Positions 1 to 9,921 of a stretch of DNA of 64,000 nucleotides are shown here, piece after piece; the stretch's first letter is position 1, and every line of letters starts with the position of its first letter. Made by a program: the position numbers and the translations under genes. This DNA comes from an uncultured Pseudomonadales bacterium (lineage in GTDB: Bacteria; Pseudomonadota; Gammaproteobacteria; Pseudomonadales; UBA7434): the NCBI GenBank assembly GCA_943787705.1, contig CALSNL010000002.1, forward strand, positions 451,694-515,693. The letters run 5' to 3'. The notes beneath the pieces were generated by a model. It did no database searches and had not been told where the DNA came from. It worked only from the letters and a program-made list of their open reading frames with translations.

Positions 1-844
1 TTAATAAACGCCACACTAAATACAGAACCGATATTGTAACAATAATAGCGCCAATACGATGACTAAAATGAATCGCTGTTCTAGCGGCACTGTCCATCAC
101 GCCACCTAAATAATTAGGCCCGATATCTTGGGCAAAATTAAAGCCTGTAGCAAAATCCATGGTTGGCCACCAAACCGTTTGGCACATCGGTAAATCGGGA
201 CAAGCCAGAGCGGCATAGTTAGACGATGTCCAGCCACCCAGCATAATTTGAAAAATGACGAGCACAAATACGGTAATCAGCACCGGCTTAATGGATTGCA
301 GTGACTGCATCACAGAAGGAGAAACCGTCCATTGATAGTTGTTTAATCTTAATGTGAGCAACCACAGTAGCGATAGAGTGGTGAAGCCGCCCATCAAGTG
401 AGCTGTGACAACTTGTGGCCATAAGTTTAAGGTGACCGTCCAGCGCCCAAACATGCCCTGTAAAATAACCATACCTAATAAAATTAATGGCAGCTTAAAA
501 GGTGAAAGACTGTCACGATTTTTAATACGATCACGCCAAGCTAGGCCAACCAAGGCAATACAGAAAAAACCAAGACCCGTTGCCAATAAACGATGAACCT
601 GTTCTGGCCAAGTTTTATCATGCTCAACTGGGGTGTCGGGAAATGCAGCATTGGCTATGGCTACTTCTTCAGCATCCATTGGCCAAAGTATATGTCCATA
701 ACAGACAGGCCAGTCAGGACAGCCCAAACCAGCATCCGCTAAGCGGGTGAAGGCACCCAAAATAATGACGCATACGGCAAATGCGGTTGCACATGCGGCA
801 AGTCTGAATCCTGGTTTACGTTTTTCAGCAGTATTTATCAACAC
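1..844 (-). CDS. ctaA: heme A synthase (COX15/CtaA family), partial; C-terminus lies beyond the window start
   Basis: Not in the ORF track because it runs off the edge. My minus-strand translation from GTG at 844 stays open to base 1: VLINTAEKRKPGFRLAACATAFAVCVIILGAFTRLADAGLGCPDWPVCYGH...QVHRLLATGLGF...ALACPDLPMC. The paired-Cys loops and multi-TM pattern are typical of COX15. It starts 4 nt after the stop of the upstream cox-cluster gene. Confidence 0.85.
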   Translation of the reverse strand, partial: MLINTAEKRKPGFRLAACATAFAVCVIILGAFTRLADAGLGCPDWPVCYGHILWPMDAEEVAIANAAFPDTPVEHDKTWPEQVHRLLATGLGFFCIALVGLAWRDRIKNRDSLSPFKLPLILLGMVILQGMFGRWTVTLNLWPQVVTAHLMGGFTTLSLLWLLTLRLNNYQWTVSPSVMQSLQSIKPVLITVFVLVIFQIMLGGWTSSNYAALACPDLPMCQTVWWPTMDFATGFNFAQDIGPNYLGGVMDSAARTAIHFSHRIGAIIVTISVLYLVWRLL

Positions 845-847
845 GTT

Positions 848-1486
848 TTAGCGCTCTTTTGAATATTTTAGTAAGTACTTGAGGTCTTTTAATATGACCA
901 CACCATCATGCTCATTTAAATAATACATCATTGCCCAGCCGTCAGGATCAACCAGAAAAAATCGTACTGTCTGGCTGGCGCTGGCAAGAACATTATCAAG
1001 CTCAATCAAAGCGAGTTGATTGGTTTCTTCATTCGCTATCTCATCAACGACAGCTATTTTCATATAGTGATTCTCTGCCGCTAAATGCGCAGTTAGCTCA
1101 TCACTCAACGCAGGCGCAGTGCTCAAATAAACGCGCTGCACACGATTACCCTCTTTATTTAAGCGCTTATGTATTTGGCGCGTAACGAGCAGCGTATCTA
1201 AACAGTCAGCATCACAATCAGCGCCACCACGAACAACGATTGACCATTTACCTGCCCAAATATTATCTCTGGCTAACTCAACGTTGGTTGTTAATGCCAA
1301 GCCATTTAACTGAATAGGCGGCTGAATTAAAACACCTTCATTTTTACTACCAACATTAATAACGCCCGATTCCACCAAGTTATACACGACAGCGGCAATA
1401 GCCATTAAACCAAAAGGGATAGCCCAGAGCACGACGAGCTTCATACGGCTTGATCGTACCTGCTTAGGTGTAAATGATGCTGTCAT
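848..1486 (-). CDS. membrane-anchored thioredoxin-fold protein of the cox cluster, divergent SCO1/SenC-like (CDADC motif)
   Basis: 212 aa ORF with an N-terminal TM helix. The template GKWSIVVRGGADCDADC...RVQRVYLS...FFLVDPDGWAMMYY parallels the SCO pattern GKWxLVxFGxTxCPDxCP...V..V.S.DP...LxDxxG. It lies between SURF1 and ctaA, as in Pseudomonas-type cox clusters. Confidence 0.6.
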   Translation of the reverse strand: MTASFTPKQVRSSRMKLVVLWAIPFGLMAIAAVVYNLVESGVINVGSKNEGVLIQPPIQLNGLALTTNVELARDNIWAGKWSIVVRGGADCDADCLDTLLVTRQIHKRLNKEGNRVQRVYLSTAPALSDELTAHLAAENHYMKIAVVDEIANEETNQLALIELDNVLASASQTVRFFLVDPDGWAMMYYLNEHDGVVILKDLKYLLKYSKER

Positions 1487-1509
1487 AATTTCAACTCAAT
1501 GTTAAACGC

Positions 1510-2238
1510 TTAATGATTGGCCGTGTCTGTATTACGAGGCCGAATAGATGAATAGAGCCAAAAGACGAATAATGCTGCCGCCATTGAAAACCACTGTACT
1601 GCATAGCCCCAATGCTTTTCTGGCTGAACATTAACAGCTGGCCAATCAACAAGTAGGGCACCTGACGCTGAAGGCTCTAAACGCACAGAATAAGGATAAA
1701 GCTCATTATCAAGCACAGTAGCAATTCTTGATATGTCCTCCCATTGTACGACCAAAGGCCATTGTTCAGACCACTCATCATTGGCCAATGTCACCGGTTT
1801 ACCCAATGGCACATAAATTTTACCAATAATACGCACCTTTGAATCCATAACAGGCACGTTAGGAAGTTGTTGCCTATTGGCAAAGCCAGCAATCCAGCCG
1901 CGGTTAACTAGCACCGAAAAACCGCTTTCAGTCACAAAGGGCGTTAATACTTCATAACCAACAACACCCCCATAAATACGATTATCAAGCAAGACATTGT
2001 GTTGATTATCAAACTCACCGATAAGATATACGCGCTGATGGCTAGATTGAACGGACGCATCTTGGCTCTCTAACTCAATCGGTAACATCTGATCTTGCGC
2101 TTCGTATTGCGCTTGTAATTGCTGCTTTTCTTCACCGCGCTCTAACTGCCAAAAACCTAGGCGCAGCAAGAGTGGCAATGCCACCAGCACAGTAATAAGA
2201 ATTTTCCAGTTGGAATCCCAACGATAAGCTGCAATCAT
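1510..2238 (-). CDS. SURF1 family cytochrome oxidase biogenesis protein
   Basis: 242 aa with TM helices at both ends (FWQLERG...; QWFSMAAALFVFW). LGFWQLxR and NRGW motifs. Sits in the cox cluster. Confidence 0.9.
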   Translation of the reverse strand: MIAAYRWDSNWKILITVLVALPLLLRLGFWQLERGEEKQQLQAQYEAQDQMLPIELESQDASVQSSHQRVYLIGEFDNQHNVLLDNRIYGGVVGYEVLTPFVTESGFSVLVNRGWIAGFANRQQLPNVPVMDSKVRIIGKIYVPLGKPVTLANDEWSEQWPLVVQWEDISRIATVLDNELYPYSVRLEPSASGALLVDWPAVNVQPEKHWGYAVQWFSMAAALFVFWLYSSIRPRNTDTANH

Positions 2239-2286
2239 GACGGTATATGAAAGCGCATTGCGATCAACAACTTGGATGAAAAAATT

Positions 2287-2568
2287 ATGTTAATAAAAGT
2301 CATTATTGTGATCTTACTAATTGGACTCGTTATCAGTCTTGCTAGTGGGCTGGTATTTTTATTTAAGGATGTTGGAACAACGCGTCGAACATTGAATTCT
2401 TTGGGCATTAGAATAGCCCTCGCGATTGCCTTAATGGGAACAACCCTTTACGGATTTTTTTCGGGGCAACTAGAAGTAGGGGCTCCATGGGATGCGCGCA
2501 AGTACGCAGCACCCCAACAACAAATGGTTGAGCCCCAAATATCAAATGATATAAACGAAGAAGAATAA
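2287..2568 (+). CDS. small twin-TM protein (DUF2909-like) of the cox cluster
   Basis: The ORF track gives 2272..2568. The ATG at 2287 gives MLIKVIIVILLIGLVISLASGLVFLFKD...RTLNSLGIRIALAIALMG, i.e. two TM helices. Position next to coxC is conserved in Pseudomonas-type clusters. Its 3' end overlaps the convergent coxC by 27 nt. Confidence 0.65.
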   Translation: MLIKVIIVILLIGLVISLASGLVFLFKDVGTTRRTLNSLGIRIALAIALMGTTLYGFFSGQLEVGAPWDARKYAAPQQQMVEPQISNDINEEE

Positions 2569-3513
2569 GCATACCCAAACAACGTCAACGAAATGCCAGT
2601 ACCATGATGCCGCTTCAAACCCAAAGCAATCGTCATGAGAGAAATGACCTTTAGTTGCACGCAAGAACATGATTAACAACATGGTCATACCTAGGAATAC
2701 GTGAAAGCCGTGGAAGCCTGTCAACATAAAGAAGGTGGTACCGTAAATGCCGCTTTCTAATGTTAAGCCAAGGTGCACATAAGCTTCATAGTACTCAGCG
2801 ACCTGAAGGAACAAAAACGCGATTGCTAAGACAACCGTGGCAAATAACCAGCCTTTAAATTTAGCACGGTTACCTTCTTTAAGACCTATGTGAGCAATAT
2901 GCACAGTCACAGAAGACGATAAAAGAAGAATAGTATTCCACATAGGTAACCAAAGCGCTAAGCCATTATGTGCATCGCTTGGGTACATGCTATTGCCTAC
3001 TCCGGCACCCTGAAAGGCAGCCTTCGCGCCATTGACGGCTTCATCAGGCGTTGTTAATGGCGGCCATGAATACTCATAACCTGAAGCAGCCCACATTTTG
3101 GCTAACTCCATGTACTGACCTTTTTCACCTTCACCACCCAACCAAGGGCCGGCTAAGTTACGCACATAATAGAGCGCGCCAAAGAAAGCGGCAAAGAACA
3201 TTACTTCAGAAAATATAAACCAACCCATGCCCCATACGTAACTGCGTTTAAGTTGCACGCTGTTCATGCCTGACATGTTTTCAATAATGGTTTGACGAAA
3301 CCAAGAGAATAATGTGGCGCTTAACATCACAAAACCAGCAATAGCGATATAACGACCAGCACCTGTCATCTCTGCTTGAAGCTCATTTAAAAATGTAGCT
3401 AAGCCAAAGATTAAAGCAAACAGGCCTATGGATGCCAATATCGGAAATGCAGACTGCTCCGGCACATAATAATGTTCATAGCCTTCGACGCTGCTATTGG
3501 TGTCTGTTGACAT
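2542..3513 (-). CDS. coxC: cytochrome c oxidase subunit III
   Basis: 323 aa polytopic protein. C-terminal GFHGFHVFLGMTML...EAASWYWHFVDVVW is a subunit III signature. Confidence 0.95.
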   Translation of the reverse strand: MSTDTNSSVEGYEHYYVPEQSAFPILASIGLFALIFGLATFLNELQAEMTGAGRYIAIAGFVMLSATLFSWFRQTIIENMSGMNSVQLKRSYVWGMGWFIFSEVMFFAAFFGALYYVRNLAGPWLGGEGEKGQYMELAKMWAASGYEYSWPPLTTPDEAVNGAKAAFQGAGVGNSMYPSDAHNGLALWLPMWNTILLLSSSVTVHIAHIGLKEGNRAKFKGWLFATVVLAIAFLFLQVAEYYEAYVHLGLTLESGIYGTTFFMLTGFHGFHVFLGMTMLLIMFLRATKGHFSHDDCFGFEAASWYWHFVDVVWVCLFFFVYII

Positions 3514-3601
3514 TTTGTCTCTCCGTTCTAACAGTAGTTTTTGCAGGAGTGCTTGCTGAATCTCGCAAAAATTTCTGCATTACTATTTAAAAAATAATGG
3601 T

Positions 3602-4174
3602 TTATAGCGCCGTCAAACTTGTAGTTTGAATAACGCCCGTTTCAGTTACATCAAATAATGTGTAAGACAAAGTAATGGTATTTACATCATCCGGTAAATC
3701 TCTATCAACAATAAATCGGAGCGGCATATCAACAGCCGTACCACCACTTAACAATTGCTGATTAAAACAAAAACATTCTGTCTTATGAAAATACGTTGCC
3801 GCTCTTCCTGGCGATACACTCGGTATTGCCTGTGCTGTCATCTCACCTGAGGTTGGATTTCTAGCATAAAAAGTGGTTTCAATTTCTTCGCCCGGATGCA
3901 CTTTCATGCTGAATACTTCGGGTCGAAATTCCCATGACATGTTTTCATTGTTAGTCGCAATAAACTGTACGGTTACATTGCGACTGGTATCAATTAATTC
4001 TGCAACAGGTATAAACGCTTCAGAATTAGTTTTGCCATTTAAACCAGTGACATCGCAGAACAAATCGTAAAGCGGCACCAATGCAAAACCAAATCCGAAC
4101 ATCACAACCGTTACGACTACTAAGCGCGCAACTAATTTGCGTACTGAGAGAGTTGTATTAAGCTGCTCTGTCAC
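3602..4174 (-). CDS. ctaG: cytochrome c oxidase assembly protein CtaG/Cox11
   Basis: 190 aa with an N-terminal TM. YDLFCDVTGLNG and KTECFCFNQQ motifs are characteristic of Cox11. Confidence 0.93.
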   Translation of the reverse strand: MTEQLNTTLSVRKLVARLVVVTVVMFGFGFALVPLYDLFCDVTGLNGKTNSEAFIPVAELIDTSRNVTVQFIATNNENMSWEFRPEVFSMKVHPGEEIETTFYARNPTSGEMTAQAIPSVSPGRAATYFHKTECFCFNQQLLSGGTAVDMPLRFIVDRDLPDDVNTITLSYTLFDVTETGVIQTTSLTAL

Positions 4175-4284
4175 TGTTCCTACCTCTGCTATAAAACACC
4201 TAAGTGTTTATCAAAATGACTATTACTACTGTCTTAACTTGCTCTATCTCTAACAACCTAAACCTTCAACTGCACCAACGTCGA

Positions 4285-5838
4285 TTATTTAATCGGCGGA
4301 GGTGTAGTGAATGTATGGTAAGGCGCTGGCGATGGAATAGTCCATTCCAAACCTTCAGGATTATCCCAAACCGCATCCGTTGCTTTCTCGCCACCGCGAA
4401 TGGTTTTGATAACAATAAACAAGAAGAACACTTGGCTAAAGCCGAATAAGAATGCGCCCATGCTAGCAACTTGGTTAAAGTCAGCAAACTGCAATGCATA
4501 GTCAGGAATTCGACGAGGCATGCCCGCTAGACCCACAAAGTGCATTGGGAAGAAAGTTAAGTTTAAACCGACAAACGATAACCAAAAATGCGCTTTACCT
4601 AATCGCTCGTCATACATGTTGCCACACCACTTCGGCAACCAGTAATACACCGCAGCGAAAATCGAGAATACCGCACCTGGCACTAATACATAGTGGAAGT
4701 GAGCAACTACGAAATAAGTATCATGGTATTGGAAATCGGCTGGCGCAATCGACAGCATCAAGCCAGAGAAACCACCAATGGTAAACAAGATAACAAAAGC
4801 AATGGCAAACAGCATTGGCGTTTCAAATGTCATTGAACCGCGGAACATGGTCGTTACCCAGTTGAAAACTTTAACGCCTGTTGGCACCGCAATTAACATG
4901 GTTGCGTACATAAAGAAGAGCTCGCCCGCAATTGGCATGCCGACCGTAAACATATGGTGAGCCCATACAATAAACGATAAGAAAGCAATCGACGCCGTTG
5001 CATACACCATAGAGGCATAACCAAATAACGGCTTACGCGCAAACGTTGGGATAATCGCCGAAACGATACCGAACGCTGGCAAGATCATAATATACACTTC
5101 AGGATGACCGAAGAACCAGAACACGTGCTGGAACAATACCGGATCACCACCACCTGCAGCACTAAAGAAACTCGTGCCAAAGTGAATGTCCATTAACATC
5201 ATTGTTACGCAACCGGCTAATACTGGCATTACCGCAATTAATAAGTAAGCCGTGATTAACCAAGTCCAAACGAATAATGGCATTTTCATTAACGTCATAC
5301 CTGGCGCGCGCATATTCAATATCGTTGCAATGATATTGATTGAACCCATAATCGATGACGCACCCATAATGTGAACGGCAAAGATAAAGTAAGTTACGCT
5401 TGGCGGTGCATAAGTTGTTGATAACGGTGCGTAGAATGTCCAACCGAAGTTAGGACCACCACCTTCCATTAATAACGTTGATGCCAACAATGTGAAGGCA
5501 AACGGTAAAATCCAGAAGCTCCAGTTGTTCATGCGTGGCAGGGCCATATCTGGCGCGCCAACCATCATTGGAATCATCCAGTTCGCTAAGCCAACAAACG
5601 CTGGCATAACAGCACCAAACACCATCACGAGACCGTGCATGGTTGTCATTTGATTGAAAAATTCAGGCTCAACTAATTGTAAACCTGGCTGAAATAACTC
5701 AGCTCGAATGACTAGCGCAAATACGCCGCCCATAAGAAACATGGCAAAACTAAACCATAAGTACATTGAGCCAATATCTTTGTGGTTAGTTGTAAATAAC
5801 CAACGCCCAAAACCTTTTGCCGGACCGTGATCACCCAT
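4285..5838 (-). CDS. coxA: cytochrome c oxidase subunit I (aa3-type)
   Basis: 517 aa. Motifs TTNHKDIGSMYL, GHPEVYILILP-like (GHPEVYIMILPAFG) and VVAHFHYVL. Confidence 0.97.
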   Translation of the reverse strand: MGDHGPAKGFGRWLFTTNHKDIGSMYLWFSFAMFLMGGVFALVIRAELFQPGLQLVEPEFFNQMTTMHGLVMVFGAVMPAFVGLANWMIPMMVGAPDMALPRMNNWSFWILPFAFTLLASTLLMEGGGPNFGWTFYAPLSTTYAPPSVTYFIFAVHIMGASSIMGSINIIATILNMRAPGMTLMKMPLFVWTWLITAYLLIAVMPVLAGCVTMMLMDIHFGTSFFSAAGGGDPVLFQHVFWFFGHPEVYIMILPAFGIVSAIIPTFARKPLFGYASMVYATASIAFLSFIVWAHHMFTVGMPIAGELFFMYATMLIAVPTGVKVFNWVTTMFRGSMTFETPMLFAIAFVILFTIGGFSGLMLSIAPADFQYHDTYFVVAHFHYVLVPGAVFSIFAAVYYWLPKWCGNMYDERLGKAHFWLSFVGLNLTFFPMHFVGLAGMPRRIPDYALQFADFNQVASMGAFLFGFSQVFFLFIVIKTIRGGEKATDAVWDNPEGLEWTIPSPAPYHTFTTPPPIK

Positions 5839-5850
5839 CTTCGGTGCTCC

Positions 5851-7035
5851 TTATTGATTTTTCTTGAAAGTTAAAATGTCGACTGGCTGAAGCTGATCAC
5901 CCATGTTGTTACCCCAAGCATTACGCTTAAAGGTAATAACAGATGCTAAGTCGATATTATTAAGTTGATTGCCAAAGACTGGCATGACTGCATTACCAGC
6001 AACACCGTTGACCATCACATTGATATGCGCGTTAATTGGGCCTGTAGTAATACCGGTGCCAACAAGGGATGGTCCAAGACCACCGCCACCATTAGCGCCA
6101 TGACAAGCCACGCAATTCGCCTGATAAACTTTTTCGCCGCGAGCATACAGTTCATCCATTGTGAACGTTTGCGACATCGCCGCTTTTAACTCTTCGGCTT
6201 CGTCTTTTTTACCTGCTAACCAATTTGCATAATCGGCTTCTTCCATGGCGTGAACCACAATCGGCATAAAGCCATGCGATTTGCCACAAAGCTCAGCACA
6301 CTGACCGCGGTAAATACCCGGCTCATCAATAATGGTCCATGCGTCATTCACGAAACCTGGAATCGCATCACGCTTAACCGCTAAGGCAGGAACCCACCAA
6401 GCATGTAACACATCATTCGCAGTGATTAAGAAACGGACCTTCTTATTAATAGGAATAACTAATGGCTCATCGACTTCAAGGAGATAATGCTCACCTTTTG
6501 GCGCAAGACCATAAATTTCATCTTGTGACGTAGTGAGGTTACTAAAGAAGCTCACATCTTCACCTAAGTATTCGTATTGCCACTTCCACTGATAACCGAC
6601 AATCTTAATATTGATTTCAGCTTCTGAAGAATCGTAAATTTTGATTAACGAAGACGTTGCTGGAATGGCCATTAACACCAAAATAAGCGCAGGGATTAAT
6701 GTCCAAGCTAGCTCAACGGCGGTGCTTTCATGAAACTTAGCCGGCACTGCACCCGAAGATTTACGGTGCATCATCATGGAATAAAACATGACACCAAATA
6801 CGACAACACCAATCCAAACACAGATCCAGAAGATCAGCATATGAAGGTCGTATATTTCATGGCTTACGGCAGTTACGCCTTCAGTCATATTTAGACCCCA
6901 ACGCTGGGCTTCATCAACCACTGCATCGCTGGCGCCAAAAGCTTGAACGCTAGTCATTAGTAGGGTTGGCAGTAATAATACCTGTCCCAACACCCACAAA
7001 AGCTTACTTGCAAGCTGTTTGCCTATTAAACGCAT
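5851..7035 (-). CDS. coxB: cytochrome c oxidase subunit II with fused C-terminal monohaem cytochrome c domain
   Basis: The ORF is open to 7059, but the likely start is the internal MRLIGKQ at 7035, followed by a signal peptide. CuA site CAELCGKSHGFM. C-terminal CVACHG haem c motif. Confidence 0.93.
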   Translation of the reverse strand: MRLIGKQLASKLLWVLGQVLLLPTLLMTSVQAFGASDAVVDEAQRWGLNMTEGVTAVSHEIYDLHMLIFWICVWIGVVVFGVMFYSMMMHRKSSGAVPAKFHESTAVELAWTLIPALILVLMAIPATSSLIKIYDSSEAEINIKIVGYQWKWQYEYLGEDVSFFSNLTTSQDEIYGLAPKGEHYLLEVDEPLVIPINKKVRFLITANDVLHAWWVPALAVKRDAIPGFVNDAWTIIDEPGIYRGQCAELCGKSHGFMPIVVHAMEEADYANWLAGKKDEAEELKAAMSQTFTMDELYARGEKVYQANCVACHGANGGGGLGPSLVGTGITTGPINAHINVMVNGVAGNAVMPVFGNQLNNIDLASVITFKRNAWGNNMGDQLQPVDILTFKKNQ

Positions 7036-7578
7036 AATCCACCATCTCCTAAAACACACATATATAACTAATAAATATCGACTGACGCTATATCAATCGA
7101 GTGCTAGCACGCCAAAACAGCCGCCTAACACCTATAAAACCTCTTTCATCCAGCTCAGCACAGACACCTAGTTTCTAAGACAAGATAATATCGACCGGCT
7201 GTTCTACCGATAGCGATATCTTTTGTCTCAGTTCGGTACGTCTTACTTAAGACTGCGCCATTACCTAGCGCCATGCTGGAATAAGCTGATGCACAACTAA
7301 TCGTGTGCGACAAAACGCCGCGATTATAACAAAGGAAACAAATATCGCACTATCTAGCGAACAATATATTAATCATCACCCACGGATGTCCGCAGAAATA
7401 CCATTATCTTTTAGCAATAATGAGTGAAGCTAACTCTTTGTTTTTAAATAAACTGACAAAAACGACCAAAATCCGTTATTTTGTTCTTTTATTAGCTCAG
7501 TCAATCATTAGTCTTGCCCTAGACGAGTTTTTGATACGCTTAAATATACGCAATACTAGGCCTTCTCGTTCACAATTA

Positions 7579-8946
7579 ATGATGATTTCCAACAATATAG
7601 AGAATAATCCCAACCACGAGGCTAGCAACGCTAAAGTCTGGGCCATTGCCTGGCCAATGATATTAAGTGGCATATCTATTCCCATGTTGGGCTTGGTCGA
7701 TACCGCTTTATTAGGCCATTTAGACCATCCTCGCTATCTGGCCGCCGTCGCCATAGGCGCGCATGTTATTGCCATTTTGTACTTAAGCTTTAGCTTTTTA
7801 AGAATGGGCACCACCAGCTTAGTCTCACAAAGTGTCGGCCGGGCCAGAAATAACACCGCCATAGGCTTCAGCCAAGGCGCTAATAACACTACCGACAGCA
7901 TTATCTATCGCACTTTACTCATGGCCGCGCTATTTGGCGTAATACTCACCATCACCATTCCTTGGTTAATCGATTCAATCATATTGCTGATGAACGCCAG
8001 CGAGAACATTGCCGGCTTAGCCGCTGAATATATCCGCATCCGTCTTTATTCGGCCCCAGCAGCCATGATGACCTTTGCTATTTCTGGCTGGCTAATAGGG
8101 CTTAAGAAGACCAAGGCCGCATTAGCGCTAATTCTATTCAGCAACCTCATTAATATTATTCTGGATACTGTGTTTATTGTTGTTATGGACATGAACAGTG
8201 CAGGAGCGGCTATCGCATCCGTAATCGCAGAATACTCAGGCTTAGCCCTAGGCTTGGTTTTTGTCTGCCGGCAAACCCAATTAACCACGCTCAAACAATG
8301 GCAAAGCTGGCTATCACCAAAGGCCTACCAACAAATATTAGCCATGAACGCGCATTTATTTGTCAGAACCTTATTGCTGTTTTTTACCTTTAATTTTTTT
8401 ACTGCTCAAGGCGCCAGTATCAGTGACTCTGTTTTAGCCGCCAATGCCATTTTATTGCAGTTAGTATTCTTTTCTGCCTATGTTATGGATGGCTTTAGCT
8501 ATGCCGCCGAAGTACTTTGTGGAGAAGCGACAGGCAGCAAACAACGTAAAACCTTTATCCATTGCGTTAAAATCTGCGCAATCTGGCTTGCAGCAACCGG
8601 ACTATTATTTAGCGCCAGCTTCTTACTAATAGGCGATGTTATTATTGGTTTATTGAGTGATATGCCCAAGGTTATGCAGCTCGCCAAGCAATATATGATT
8701 TGGCTGGTGCTTATGCCATTAGCGGGCATGCTAGCTTACTTGCTAGATGGCGTGTTTGTCGGCGCAGGACGCACTCAACCCATGCATCTCACCATGTGGT
8801 TTTCGGTGGTGATTGTTTTCTTACCCGTGTGGTGGCTAACGCAGGGCTGGCAGAATCACGGCTTATGGTTTGCGTTTATTTGTTTTAATCTTGCTCGCGG
8901 TCTTAGCCTAGCCATCGTTTACCCCGCATTATTGCGAAAAATATAA
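7579..8946 (+). CDS. MATE family efflux transporter (DinF-like)
   Basis: The ORF is open from 7420. The N-terminus aligns with MATE proteins only from MMISNN...VWAIAWPMILSGISIPMLGLVDTALLGHL (ATG 7579). About 12 TM segments. Confidence 0.85.
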   Translation: MMISNNIENNPNHEASNAKVWAIAWPMILSGISIPMLGLVDTALLGHLDHPRYLAAVAIGAHVIAILYLSFSFLRMGTTSLVSQSVGRARNNTAIGFSQGANNTTDSIIYRTLLMAALFGVILTITIPWLIDSIILLMNASENIAGLAAEYIRIRLYSAPAAMMTFAISGWLIGLKKTKAALALILFSNLINIILDTVFIVVMDMNSAGAAIASVIAEYSGLALGLVFVCRQTQLTTLKQWQSWLSPKAYQQILAMNAHLFVRTLLLFFTFNFFTAQGASISDSVLAANAILLQLVFFSAYVMDGFSYAAEVLCGEATGSKQRKTFIHCVKICAIWLAATGLLFSASFLLIGDVIIGLLSDMPKVMQLAKQYMIWLVLMPLAGMLAYLLDGVFVGAGRTQPMHLTMWFSVVIVFLPVWWLTQGWQNHGLWFAFICFNLARGLSLAIVYPALLRKI

Positions 8947-8948
8947 AC

Positions 8949-9203
8949 TTATTTTGGATCAATAAACTTGACGGCTTCAACAGCTACTTCATGAGCCAAC
9001 GGCTGCTCACCCAAACGGTTTTGATTGACACGCGTGGGTATCTCTTCTTGCTGCGAGGCAATGGCCTCCGCTAATGACTCTTCGAAATCACAGCTCGCAC
9101 AAGCACGCCATTGATCGTCTTTATCGTTGAGATAAATAAAGATTTTGTCGGCTAACTTACACTGTGGGCAAACAGCGCCAGCTATAAATCGTTTGTTACG
9201 CAT
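8949..9203 (-). CDS. yheV: YheV family putative zinc-ribbon protein
   Basis: The track ORF extends to 9356. The conserved part starts at MRNKRFIAGAVCPQCKLADKI...WRACASCDF (CxxC...CxxC), ATG at 9203. Confidence 0.7.
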   Translation of the reverse strand: MRNKRFIAGAVCPQCKLADKIFIYLNDKDDQWRACASCDFEESLAEAIASQQEEIPTRVNQNRLGEQPLAHEVAVEAVKFIDPK

Positions 9204-9355
9204 ACTACTCTCTCGTTTCTTAATCATTCTCTTATTAGTCAGAACATTTGCCATCATATCAGTGGCAACAGTTATTGGATATAATCGTCTGGCTGGCTCC
9301 CTAAGCATTAAATTCCAGCCATTAAACTCACGCCAAATTAGCAGAGTAAAACTCA

Positions 9356-9886
9356 ATGAATATTCGCTCTTTTCAAAACACCATACCCGAATTAGGCAAT
9401 GCTGTTTATGTCGATGAAAGCGCCGTTGTTATTGGTGATGTTGTTTTAGGCGATGATTGCTCAGTTTGGCCGCATGCCGTTATTCGTGGCGACATGCATC
9501 GCATACGTATAGGTAAACGTACTAGCATTCAAGATGGATCAGTATTGCATATCACTCATGCCAGTAGTTATAACGAAGCCGGCTGGCCATTAACGATTGG
9601 CGATGATGTCACCATTGGCCATCGTGCCATATTGCACGGCTGCACAGTAGGCAACCGTGTATTAATTGGTAACGGTGCCATTGTGATGGACGGCGCGGTA
9701 ATTGAAGACGAAGTTATTATTGGTGCCAATGCTTTAGTGCCGCCTGGCAAGCATCTCGAAAGTGGCTTTCTCTATGTGGGCTCGCCGTGCAAACCTGCTC
9801 GCCCATTAACTGAAAAAGAGAAAAGCTTTTTTCTTTATACCACTGCAAACTATGTAAAACTAAAAGACCAATATCGTCAAGAATAA
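9356..9886 (+). CDS. yrdA: gamma-class carbonic anhydrase-like / hexapeptide-repeat protein (YrdA family)
   Basis: 176 aa with left-handed beta-helix hexapeptide repeats: VIGDVVLGDDCSVWPHAVIRGD...IGHRAILHGCTVG. Confidence 0.88.
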   Translation: MNIRSFQNTIPELGNAVYVDESAVVIGDVVLGDDCSVWPHAVIRGDMHRIRIGKRTSIQDGSVLHITHASSYNEAGWPLTIGDDVTIGHRAILHGCTVGNRVLIGNGAIVMDGAVIEDEVIIGANALVPPGKHLESGFLYVGSPCKPARPLTEKEKSFFLYTTANYVKLKDQYRQE

Positions 9887-9921
9887 TAAAAACGGGCTAA
9901 ATATTCGTTGTAGCGCCACCA

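Noticed and set aside
405-596. 63 aa plus-strand ORF at the left edge
   Set aside because: It is antisense to the continuous COX15/CtaA reading frame that I translated across 1-844, so it is a shadow ORF.
7060-7419. LexA (SOS) box upstream of the DinF-like MATE gene, and likewise upstream of uvrD (58767-58967)
   Set aside because: I looked for CTGT-N8-ACAG type palindromes and found none in either region, so no SOS operator is claimed.
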